The notes under the pieces were generated by a model. The model saw nothing but the letters and a program-made list of their open reading frames with translations, ran no database searches and was not told the origin of the DNA. Below, in pieces: positions 8,329 through 17,500 of a DNA stretch of 35,824 nucleotides (the stretch's first letter is position 1; the number at the start of each line of letters is the position of its first letter). A program made the translations under genes and the position numbers. The stretch comes from Abditibacteriaceae bacterium (GTDB lineage Bacteria; Armatimonadota; Abditibacteriia; Abditibacteriales; Abditibacteriaceae): positions 1 to 35,824 of the forward strand of contig JANPJS010000121.1 in assembly GCA_031425655.1 (NCBI GenBank), written 5' to 3'.

Positions 8329-9702
8329 TTAATTTTGCGACGGCTTGCCGCTGAGATCGTATTCCGAGGCGCCGGTGATTCGCACTTTCAATAACGCGCC
8401 GGGACGCATTTCGCGGCGCTGGCGCGGCGTCATTTTCACCAAAACGTTGCCGTCAATGCCGGGCGCATCGCGCTGGCTGCGGCCAACCATACCGCCGGCT
8501 TCTTCGCTTTCCAAAAGCACATCCAACGTGCTGCCGATTAAGGCGCGGTTCTTTTTCAACGATATTTTCTGCTGCAAAACCTGCAAGGTGTGATAGCGTT
8601 CTTCGATAATTTCGGACGCGACTTTAGCGTTAAGACCGCGCGAAAGTGCGGTGTCTTCGTCGGAATATTTGAAGACGCCGATGCGGTCGAATTGCTGCGA
8701 TTTCACGAAATTGCACAGCTCGTCGAATTGCTCCGGCGTTTCTCCCGGAAATCCGACGATAAAACTGGTGCGAATTGCGATTTCGGGGCACTGGGCGCGA
8801 AAACGATCCAGCAAACGCCCATAACTTTCGCCGTGCCCGCCGCGCCTCATGCGCGCCAAAACTTCGCGACTGGCGTGCTGCAACGGAATATCGAGATAGC
8901 GCGCCACGCGCGGAGATGTGCAAATCGCTTCGATAAATTCGTCGTTGACCTGCGATGGATAGGCATACAATACGCGAATCCAGTCGAGTTTTTCGATTTT
9001 CGACAATTCTTTAACCAGCGCGCCCAAAGCCCATTTTTGATATAAATCCAGCCCGTAGCGCGTCGAATCCTGCGCGACAAGCACGATTTCACGCGCGCCG
9101 TTTTCGGCCAATCGCGTGGCTTCGGCGACGATAGATTCGATGGGCCGCGAGCGAAACGGGCCGCGCAAACTGGGAATAATGCAAAAAGAACAAGTGTGAT
9201 CGCAGCCTTCGGCGATTTTTATGTAAGCCGTCCACGGCGGTGTGGCACGCACGCGCGGCGTGGTGTGATCGTAAACGAAAGTGTGGCGTTTGGTCGGCGT
9301 GACCGAAAGCTGAATCAAACCATTGTTGCCGCGCGTCTTGGAATCACCTGCGAGCGCCGCTTCCAACGTGGCCACGATTTCAGGGAAATCGGTGGTGCCA
9401 AGAATCGCGTCCACTTCCGGCACGCGCATTTTAATAAGCTGCGCATCGCGTTGCGGCAGGCATCCTGTAGCGACTACGACTTTGCATTTGCCGTGCTTTT
9501 TGCGCTCGGTCATTTCGGAAAGCGTAGCTAAGCTTTCTTCAACGGCGGCCCCTAAAAAGCCGCAAGTATTGACAATGAGCGCGTCCGCATCGTCGGCATC
9601 GGCGGTAATGCGATAGCCGGCGCCTTGCAACAAACCTAACATGACTTCGCTGTCTACTAAATTTTTGGAACAACCTAAAGAAATCAAACCCACTGTTTTC
9701 AT
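8329..9702 (-). CDS. rimO: Ribosomal protein S12 methylthiotransferase RimO
   Basis: SLGCSKNLVDSE, NTCGF, radical-SAM CDHTCSFC, TRAM region with DAPGIDG. Start moved to MKTVGLISLGC. Confidence 0.95.
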   Translation of the reverse strand: MKTVGLISLGCSKNLVDSEVMLGLLQGAGYRITADADDADALIVNTCGFLGAAVEESLATLSEMTERKKHGKCKVVVATGCLPQRDAQLIKMRVPEVDAILGTTDFPEIVATLEAALAGDSKTRGNNGLIQLSVTPTKRHTFVYDHTTPRVRATPPWTAYIKIAEGCDHTCSFCIIPSLRGPFRSRPIESIVAEATRLAENGAREIVLVAQDSTRYGLDLYQKWALGALVKELSKIEKLDWIRVLYAYPSQVNDEFIEAICTSPRVARYLDIPLQHASREVLARMRRGGHGESYGRLLDRFRAQCPEIAIRTSFIVGFPGETPEQFDELCNFVKSQQFDRIGVFKYSDEDTALSRGLNAKVASEIIEERYHTLQVLQQKISLKKNRALIGSTLDVLLESEEAGGMVGRSQRDAPGIDGNVLVKMTPRQRREMRPGALLKVRITGASEYDLSGKPSQN

Positions 9703-9900
9703 AAGACTCAATTTGTGAATAACCTTAAAAGTTATAGCAGCTTTGCACGCCTGACCGGGCAAATCGTTCCCGCAGCAACTGTTGGCAACAATATGGTATA
9801 CACAGATGTAACTGGACGCCGCATAGCCGGGATCAATAATTCCGCGCTTTATCCGCAAGGAAATTCAACGCGGCTCCGAATCGCCAAAGGAGCAAAGACA

Positions 9901-10059
9901 ATGATCAAAAAGTTTTTCACAGAAGAAGAGGGACAGACCTTGGTTGAATACGGTCTGTTGATCTCGTTGATCGCCTTGGTTGTGATCGCCGTGCTGACCG
10001 TCATGGGTCGCCGCATTTCCAACACCTTCAACTCCGCCTCCGCCCAGATGGAGAACTAA
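9901..10059 (+). CDS. flp: Flp/Fap (type IVc, Tad) pilin 1
   Basis: EEEG|QTLVEYGLLISLIALVVI Flp motif, SD AAGGAG, 52 aa. Confidence 0.93.
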   Translation: MIKKFFTEEEGQTLVEYGLLISLIALVVIAVLTVMGRRISNTFNSASAQMEN

Positions 10060-10188
10060 GCCGCCGTTGGGCTTATGATTTCAACAAATCACCCTTCACG
10101 AGGCGCAACCTCCTCAAAGTAAAACGCAACAATCCGCTAACCATGTGGACTGTTGCGTTTTATTTTGCTATTGACTGCACGCTGCGAC

Positions 10189-10214
10189 AAACCCGCCTTA
10201 AACGGCGGGTTTTT
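10189..10214 (+). terminator. Intrinsic terminator after flp pilin 1
   Basis: aaacccgcc-ttaaac-ggcgggttttt. Confidence 0.75.
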
Positions 10215-10255
10215 GACTTTTTCAGGCCGTTCAAAGGTTAAACTGCATCGCCGCC

Positions 10256-12001
10256 ATGAGCTTTCGCGCAAATTTGTCCGCTTCTTCCGAGCCTGCGAAA
10301 GCCGTCTCGATGCGCTTGAACGCGCCGTGGTGGGGACGCATTGGCCTGCTCTGGCTGATGTTCGTGCCTTTGTGCGTGGCGATTTATTCGCTTTGCCTGC
10401 CGATTTCACCCAACGATTTTTGGTATCACGCCCGCGCCGGTTCGATCACGGCAAACACCGGGCATATTCCCACGACGAACCTGTTTTCCACCGGCGTGCC
10501 GCTGGATAAGCCGTATTATAATCAGGGCTGGATCGCGCACTGGGCGTTTTACAAAATCCTCGAATGGGGCGGCTTGGCGTGGATTGTGGTTTTTCGCAGC
10601 GCGTGCATGGCGCTGGCTTACGCGCTTATTCCCGTCGCAGCGATGCGCCGGGCGCGCCGCGTGGCGCAGTCACGCCTGACTGGGCAGGAAACTCCGGCCC
10701 AATTACTGGAACTGGAAAATGGCGCGGCGCGCACAGCGGCCTGCGCGGCCTTGCTCACTTTTGCGATGTCGGCGCTGAATATGGACGTGCGGCCACAAAC
10801 GTTTTCGTTTCCGCTCTTCGCGCTTTTCGCTTTTGTGATTTACGAATGGCCCTTCGCCGCGCGGATGCGCCCGTTTTACATCGCGTTTCTCGCCCTTGCG
10901 ATGGCGTTTTGGTCGAATACGCATGGCGCGTTTTTTACGGCTCTGGTCGTGATATTTGCCACATTAGCCGGCGAACTCTTGCATTTTCGGCGTCCCTTTC
11001 GGCTTTTCGGCGAACGATTGCCGATGCCCGCCCTGCGTTCGCTTGGCGTCTTGGCGGCGCTCTGCGTCGTGGCCTCAATGCTGAACCCGCAAGGTGCTAA
11101 GATATTCGTTTACGTCGTCAGTTTGGCCAACAACGCCATCGGCAAGCAGTTCATTCAAGAATGGAAACCGCCCCAGTTTCACATTCAGGAGTGGAACAGC
11201 ATCGTGTTCTTCATGTCGCCGCTATTGTTGGCCTGGCTCTTATGGAACGCGCAACGAAAGTCGGCGGGCGGGCCGGCGCGTAGCATTGTGGGAATGCGCG
11301 CCGGGGAATGTCTGGTGCTGGCCGCACTTTTAATAATGGGAGTGCGAAATGTGCGCTCCATCGTGTGGTATGCGCTGTTTTTCGCGCCGGCTTGCGCGGG
11401 AATTTTGACGGCGTATCGCTTGAAAGCCGGCGTTTGGTGGCAAAACGCCGCGCCCAGTCCGCCGCGCGCCGTTTATGTAATCAACGCGGTGATGGCGCTG
11501 CTGCTTTTGAGCCTGATTGTTCCGGTTTTGCCGTGGATCAAACCCGAATTACCGTTGCCGCCCGCTTATCGCGCCCGCTTCGCGCCGACGCCGCGCGGCG
11601 CGTTTCCCATCGGCTTTTCGGGCGAGCCGCCGCTTTTGCTGGAAAACACAACGCCCGTCGAAGCGGCGCACTTTCTACGACAGAATCCGCCGCGCGGGCG
11701 GCTTTACAACGAAATGGTTTTCGGCTCTTATTTAATGTGGGCGCTTTATCCGCAAACGCGGCCCAACGCCGATCCGCGCATCGAGTTGTATCCCGATCAA
11801 TACTGGCTCGATTACTTGAAGTTTCAAGACGATCCGCGCGATGCGGGGCAGATTTTAAGCGGCGAAGGCTACAGCGATGCCTTGCTCAATCCCAAGTTGC
11901 AAAAGCCGCTGATAGATGAACTTTCGCGCACGCCGGGCTGGAAAAAATACATTTTTAAAAGCGGCCCGGCGGTTTTATTTCGTCGTGAGTCGGGCCAGTA
12001 A
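10256..12001 (+). CDS. Polytopic membrane protein, putative GT-C-fold glycosyltransferase (copy A)
   Basis: Many TM segments. Motifs NDFWYHARAG after TM1, RPQ, WSNTHG, NPQG, IQEW. Soluble C-terminal domain. Function inferred. Confidence 0.75.
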   Translation: MSFRANLSASSEPAKAVSMRLNAPWWGRIGLLWLMFVPLCVAIYSLCLPISPNDFWYHARAGSITANTGHIPTTNLFSTGVPLDKPYYNQGWIAHWAFYKILEWGGLAWIVVFRSACMALAYALIPVAAMRRARRVAQSRLTGQETPAQLLELENGAARTAACAALLTFAMSALNMDVRPQTFSFPLFALFAFVIYEWPFAARMRPFYIAFLALAMAFWSNTHGAFFTALVVIFATLAGELLHFRRPFRLFGERLPMPALRSLGVLAALCVVASMLNPQGAKIFVYVVSLANNAIGKQFIQEWKPPQFHIQEWNSIVFFMSPLLLAWLLWNAQRKSAGGPARSIVGMRAGECLVLAALLIMGVRNVRSIVWYALFFAPACAGILTAYRLKAGVWWQNAAPSPPRAVYVINAVMALLLLSLIVPVLPWIKPELPLPPAYRARFAPTPRGAFPIGFSGEPPLLLENTTPVEAAHFLRQNPPRGRLYNEMVFGSYLMWALYPQTRPNADPRIELYPDQYWLDYLKFQDDPRDAGQILSGEGYSDALLNPKLQKPLIDELSRTPGWKKYIFKSGPAVLFRRESGQ

Positions 12002-12003
12002 AC

Positions 12004-12120
12004 TTAGGGTTCTGGTTTTTGGGTTTTGGGTGTTAGGTTGTGGATTCTGAACCAAGACGATCTTGTCCTCACCCAAAACCCAAAACCTAACACCCAAAAC
12101 CCAAAACCCAAAACCCCAAA
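12004..12120. repeat. Inverted heptamer tandem arrays (TTTTGGG)n / (CCCAAAA)n, STRR-like
   Basis: G/T-rich array 12004-12046 and complementary C/A-rich array 12070-12120 between the two membrane genes. Confidence 0.85.
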
Positions 12121-12123
12121 TTT

Positions 12124-13668
12124 ATGTCTGCGCGCCACCTCGAATTTCCCACCAAATTATATTTGCCTGTTCTGGTGTTATTGTGTTCGATTTTCGCCTG
12201 GCAACCGCTCAAGGGCGACGACGATTTTTGGGCGCACGCCGCGATTGGGCGATGGATTGCGCAGCACGGCCAGGTGCCCGATCAAACCCTGTTTCTCTGG
12301 GGGCCGGGCACGCCCATCCCGTGGGTTTACCATTCGTGGCTGAGCCAACTCACCTTCTACGGAGTGATGATAAACGGCGGGCCGGTCTGGGTGGAGATTC
12401 TCACCTGCGCGATTGCGGGCATTATTCTCATCTGGATGTGGCAGGTTTGGGCGCGTCGAGGACGCATCACGTCGTTAATGCCGCTGCTTTTCGCCATCGC
12501 TTTGTGGTGTTCGTCGCCGCGCCTGCATCCGCGCCCGGAATTGTTCAGCGGCCTGTTTTTATGCCCGCTCCTGACGTTTCTCCTGACATGGACAGAAGCA
12601 CGCCGCAACGGCGATTTTCAACCCGGCTTGAAATGGAAAATACCGGCGCTGCTTGCCATGTTTGCGCTGTGGGCTAACTTTCACGGCGGTGTCGCTACCG
12701 GCCTCGTTTTTATTGCACTGACGGTATTGGGCGAAGCCATCCAGGACGTTTTGGAACGCCGAAGTTTCAAGCCGACGCTGTGGCTGGCCGCGCTGGTTCC
12801 ACTGTGCGCCGCAGCGGTCTGCATTAATCCTTACGGGCCGAAATATTGGACGGCGCTGGGTTCGGTGGGCAGCGTGATGTTTTCCTATATTGACGAGTGG
12901 AAAGCGCTGTGGAAAGCGCCCTTTATGCCGCCAGAAGCGATTTTAATTGCCGGAGTGCTGGCCTTCGTGGCATTGGCCGCCTGGATTCAGGGGCCGCGTC
13001 ATCGCGTGGCGCATTTGCTGTGGCTGCTGTTTGCGATTGTCGCTTTTGCGATGGCGCGTCGCAATTTGTGGCAAATGGCGCAAGTCAGCTTGTTCGTGAT
13101 GGCTGCCAACGCGGCGGCTCTCGATACCGAGCATTTCTGGCGTGTGTGGCGCAAAGGCGCCGGACAAAAAACCGGCAGCGACGAACACGGCGCCATTCCT
13201 CCGCCGATGCGCGCCATCGTGCGTTACAGCGCGCTATTTGGCCTTGTCTGCTGGCTGCCCGGCGCGGCTCCGCGAGATTTCCTGCCCTTGCGCGCCACCG
13301 CGCAACATCTGCCGGCGCCGTCCGCCGAATTCATCCGCCAACATTATCCCAAAGCGCGCTTGTTCAGCGATTATCTAACCACCAGCTATTTACAATGGCA
13401 TTTAAGCGGGCATCCGCCGCTCTACATGGATTTACTGAACGCTTACGATGTCCATTTGATGCAGGATTACTTTGCCATCATCCAACTCGAACCGCGCGGC
13501 CTGAAACTCATAGATGATCTAAAGATTGACCTTGTGCTTCTCAAGCGCCATAAACCGGGAGAACGCATCGCTAAATTCGCGCTTTGGATGAACAACAATC
13601 CGCAATGGAAAACGGTTTATCGCGGTGACGACGCCACCATTTGGGCACGCCGCCAAAAAATACCCTGA
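12124..13668 (+). CDS. Polytopic membrane protein, putative GT-C-fold glycosyltransferase (copy B)
   Basis: DDDFWAHAAIG, RPE, WANFHG, NPYG, IDEW: same motif order as copy A. Confidence 0.75.
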   Translation: MSARHLEFPTKLYLPVLVLLCSIFAWQPLKGDDDFWAHAAIGRWIAQHGQVPDQTLFLWGPGTPIPWVYHSWLSQLTFYGVMINGGPVWVEILTCAIAGIILIWMWQVWARRGRITSLMPLLFAIALWCSSPRLHPRPELFSGLFLCPLLTFLLTWTEARRNGDFQPGLKWKIPALLAMFALWANFHGGVATGLVFIALTVLGEAIQDVLERRSFKPTLWLAALVPLCAAAVCINPYGPKYWTALGSVGSVMFSYIDEWKALWKAPFMPPEAILIAGVLAFVALAAWIQGPRHRVAHLLWLLFAIVAFAMARRNLWQMAQVSLFVMAANAAALDTEHFWRVWRKGAGQKTGSDEHGAIPPPMRAIVRYSALFGLVCWLPGAAPRDFLPLRATAQHLPAPSAEFIRQHYPKARLFSDYLTTSYLQWHLSGHPPLYMDLLNAYDVHLMQDYFAIIQLEPRGLKLIDDLKIDLVLLKRHKPGERIAKFALWMNNNPQWKTVYRGDDATIWARRQKIP

Positions 13669-13847
13669 AATTTCAGACATGGCCATATTGTTGCTTCATA
13701 AGTCACGTCGCCAAGTTACAATGGGCGAACGGCTGAAAAAAGCGAACCTGCTCCTTGAGCAACACGCAATCGGCTATGGTAGAATACGAGCAGACAGCGC
13801 GAGAGCGCAGGTCTCGAAGATTTCAAAGAATCCGGGAGGTGAATAGA

Positions 13848-14006
13848 ATGATCAAAAAGTTTTTCGCAGAAGAAGAGGGACAGACGCTGGTCGAATATGG
13901 TCTGTTGATCTCACTGATCGCCTTAGTTGTGATCGCCGTGCTGACCGTCATGGGTCGCCGCATTTCCAACACCTTCAACTCCGCCTCCGCCCAGTTGAAC
14001 AACTAA
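13848..14006 (+). CDS. flp: Flp/Fap pilin 2 (near-duplicate of pilin 1)
   Basis: SD GGAGGTGA. 49/52 aa identical to pilin 1. Confidence 0.93.
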   Translation: MIKKFFAEEEGQTLVEYGLLISLIALVVIAVLTVMGRRISNTFNSASAQLNN

Positions 14007-14033
14007 AACCGACCGGTTTCTGCAAAGAGCCAA

Positions 14034-14073
14034 CAACAACGCCCGGAACTTTGTTCCGGGCGTTGTTGCTTTT
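14034..14073 (+). terminator. Intrinsic terminator after flp pilin 2
   Basis: caacaacgcccggaac-ttt-gttccgggcgttgttg followed by ctttt. Confidence 0.8.
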
Positions 14074-14148
14074 CAGCGTTTGCAGTGGGTTTACTGCCTC
14101 GCCGCACATTTGGCGACTTCCATGCAATTTCCTCCGCAGGTGGCGGAA

Positions 14149-14176
14149 TTCAAGACTTTGCAGTCTGCGCTATAAT
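14149..14176 (+). promoter_or_regulatory. Putative sigma70 promoter of flp pilin 3
   Basis: TTCAAG-16 nt-TATAAT. Confidence 0.45.
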
Positions 14177-14278
14177 ACGCAGTGAAACTTTGCATTTCGC
14201 ACGCTGGACGGAAACAATTGAAACCAACTCACACCGCCTAAAGGCACCGTGGGATTTTTAAAAGCAGGAGGTGCAACG

Positions 14279-14440
14279 ATGATAAAACGAATGTTTTCTG
14301 ACGAAGACGGCCAAACCTTAGTGGAATATGGCCTCTTAATCGGCCTTTTAGCCCTCGTGATCGTGGCCGCGGTGACTTTGTTTGGCCGCGGCGCCTTCGC
14401 TTTCTTTAACAACGCGAACAACGAACTGCCTCAGCCCTGA
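14279..14440 (+). CDS. flp: Flp/Fap pilin 3 (divergent)
   Basis: DEDG|QTLVEYGLLIGLLALVIV, SD AGGAGGT, 53 aa. Confidence 0.9.
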   Translation: MIKRMFSDEDGQTLVEYGLLIGLLALVIVAAVTLFGRGAFAFFNNANNELPQP

Positions 14441-14570
14441 TCTTAATCCCGTTTGCAAAAAATGACCGCCACCGATTTTTCGTTGGCGGTTGTGGTTTGT
14501 CTCTTCTGTCTCGGAACAAAGCGAGAGGGCGCCTTGTCGAAACCCGCGATTTGCCGAAGGATTGCGGATT

Positions 14571-17500
14571 ATGTCATCGAAACCACTCGTTTGCCTCGCG
14601 CTGCTTTTCTCCACTTCGTTCGTTTTCGCCCAAAACTCGTTACTGCAACAAGGCCGCGAAGCCTTAACCGACCGGCGCTACGACGAAGCCACGCGCCTGC
14701 TAAGCCAAGCCGCCGCGCCGGGTCAGGAACGCGCCGACGAAGCCCAGCTTTTGCTCGGCCACGCACTCTTGCAAGCAAAGCAATATGAAGCCGCCTTAGC
14801 CGCATACGATAAATTACTGCGCGATTTTCCGCAATCGCCGTGGCGCAAAAAAGCGCTTTTCAAAAAAGCCGACGTGTTCATGGCGCAAAAACAGTGGGAC
14901 AAAGCCGCCGCGATCTACGAGCCGGAGCTGGATTTTATCGTTTCCGACGAGCGCAAGGAGCAAGTCGCCGAATTCTATCTCAAATACGCCAATCAATACT
15001 TCGAGCCGCCCAAAAATCCGAAGGGCGAAACGCCCGCGCCGAACTACGCCAAAGCTAAAACGCTCTTTCAAAAATCGCTCGACATCGGCCTGACGCCGAA
15101 GAAAACCGAAGAAGTGACGCTGAAAATCGCGCTCGCTGACTTTCGCGCCGGCAATTGGAACGAGGCTATCGCCACGCTGCGCGCTTTGCTGACGAAGTTT
15201 CCCGGCGGCGCGCAAAGCGAAGAAGCCAAATATCATCTCGGTCTGGCGAACATGAAAGGCGGCAACGACCGCGAAGCGCGCAAGGTTTTCCGCGATTTCC
15301 TGCGCGATTATCCCGAAGCTAAGCGCCGCGCCGACGTGAGCTATGCGCTCGCCGAAACCTATCACGTCCCGCAGCCGCGCAACGCCAAAGAATTGCAACT
15401 CGGCGTGCAAGCGTTGCGCGATTTTATTCAGCAGTTCCCGGCTCATCCGAAGGCGTTGCAGGCCGGATATTATATCGGGTTGTCGCTGTTCAATTTGTCG
15501 CGCTACGAAGACGCCGTGAAGGAATTTCAAGCCTTCATCACAGCTAACGCGCGCTCGACCGAAGATCAAGTCGCACAGGCAAAAAATCAGCTTGGATTGG
15601 CGCTTTTCCGGCAAAAAAAATACGACGCGGCCATCGCGGCGTGGGAAACTTTCCTGCGCGATCATCCCGTTCATCCGCAGTGGACGGCAGTGCAGCGTCA
15701 AGTGATTGACGCGCAATATGCCATCGGCGACGAGGCGTATGCCGCCAAAAAATATGACGCGGCGCGCAAAGCGTGGCAGGCGTTTCAGGACAAATATCCT
15801 CTCGATCAGCGCAACGCCGACATCATGTTTCGGCTCGGCGTGATTCTCTCGGAAGACAAGCAACTCGACGCGGCGATTGAGCAATGGAAAAAAGTCGCCA
15901 GCAAATATGGCGGCACGGAAGCGGCCTCGCGGGCGCAATTTATGATCGCCATGACCTACGAAACGCAAGGCCGTTTCGAGGAGGCCATCGTCGCGCATCG
16001 CGCCGTGACCGGCAAGTGGCAAAGCGAAGCGCAAAACCGTGTTGCCGAGTTGCAAAACCGCAAAATGCTGGTTTATACCGAGCATACTTTCACGACCGCC
16101 GAAACGCCCGCTTTGAAGCTCGTCACGCGCAACGTGCCGCGCGTGCAGTTGCGCGCTTATCGCGTGGACATGAACGACTATTTTCGCAAGCTGCACACTA
16201 TTCGTGGCGTGGATGCGCTTGATTTGGCGCTGATTGAACCCGATTGGCGCTGGTCGCTGGAAATTCCCGATTACAAGGAATTTCGACAAAGCGACGCCCA
16301 AGCGCCGCTGCCTTTCAAAGAGCCGGGCGTTTACGCCGTGGTGTGCAGCGCGCCGCTCGATGAAAAGAAAGAAAACGCGCCGACTCTGGAAACCACCAAC
16401 GTCGTTTTAATCACCGACATGGGCGTCATCACGAAAATCACGCACAACGATGCGCTGGTTTTCGCGCAAAATCAGCGCACCAAAGCGCCGTGGCCGAACG
16501 CGCAAATTCTCTTAACCGACGGGCGTAAAATCGTGGCAACCGGCACCACCAACGCCGACGGCGTGTTTCAGTGGAAAAATGCGGAAAAAGCCGATAATAC
16601 GCGCCCACTGAGCGCCGACGTGCGCGTTTTGGCGCAGCATAACGGGCATTTCGCGTCTACGGAAAACAATTTAAACAGCGTGGTGCGCGCCGCCGGATTC
16701 CAGCCGCGCGCCTTGATTTACACCGATAGGCCGCTTTATCGCGCCGGACATCCGGTTTATTTTCGCGCCATCGTGCGACAAGTCGAAAACGGCCAATACA
16801 GCTTCAAAAAAGGCGATGAGTATCAAGTCGAAATCGCCGATTCCGGCGGCGCGACGATTTTCTCGAAACGGCTTACGCTTGGCGATTTCGGCACAGTCAG
16901 CGGCAATTTGATGCTGAATAACGAGGCGCCGCCGGGCCGTTATACCATTACCGTCACGCGCCCGCGCGAAGTCGTCGAAAGCGACGATCCGCGTATTGTG
17001 CCCGTCGCGGATGTCGCGCCGCGCGCCGCCAATCCGCGTCCGAAACAACAGGCGCTTTCGGGCACTGCCTACTTCGCCGTGGCGGCTTACGCGCTGGAAA
17101 AAGTGCGCCTCAGCATCGAACTGCCGAAATCGGTTTATCTGCGCGGCGAGGAGATAAAAGGCACGGTCAAAGCGAAATATCTACACGGCGAGCCGCTCGC
17201 TAAACGCAAAATTCGCTTCGGCTGGAACAACGAAATCGGCGAAGAAAAAGAAACCGACGCGAAGGGCGAATTTGAATTTACGATTCCCACGCGCCGCTTT
17301 GAGGAAGACGAAAGCGTAGTTTTGTGGGCGCGCATGGAAGAAGAAAACGCGGGTGTGCAGCGCGCGACGTTTGTGGCGACGGTCGGCGTCAATGCCACGC
17401 TTTCGATGCTGCGCGACGTGCATCTCGTCGGCGAAAAATTCGACTTGACAGTGGAAACCAAAGACCTCGCCAATAAAGCCTTCGCGGGCGATTTCAAATT

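Noticed and set aside
9703..9900. N-terminal extensions of rimO (to 9858) and flp1 (from 9715)
   Set aside because: They overlap each other across a divergent promoter region. Family motifs and SD place the starts at 9702 and 9901.
12004..12120. Possible CRISPR array or telomere
   Set aside because: 7-bp tandem units without unique spacers, no cas genes, internal intergenic position.
12026..12677. ORFs with PKTQN repeats (12026..12343, 12063..12677)
   Set aside because: Translations of the heptamer DNA array running out of frame into the real gene.
14814..16301. Long antisense ORFs (495 aa here, also 24125..25402, 23227..24069, 22365..23288, 34849..35697)
   Set aside because: They lie opposite well-supported genes in GC-rich DNA and show no recognisable motifs.
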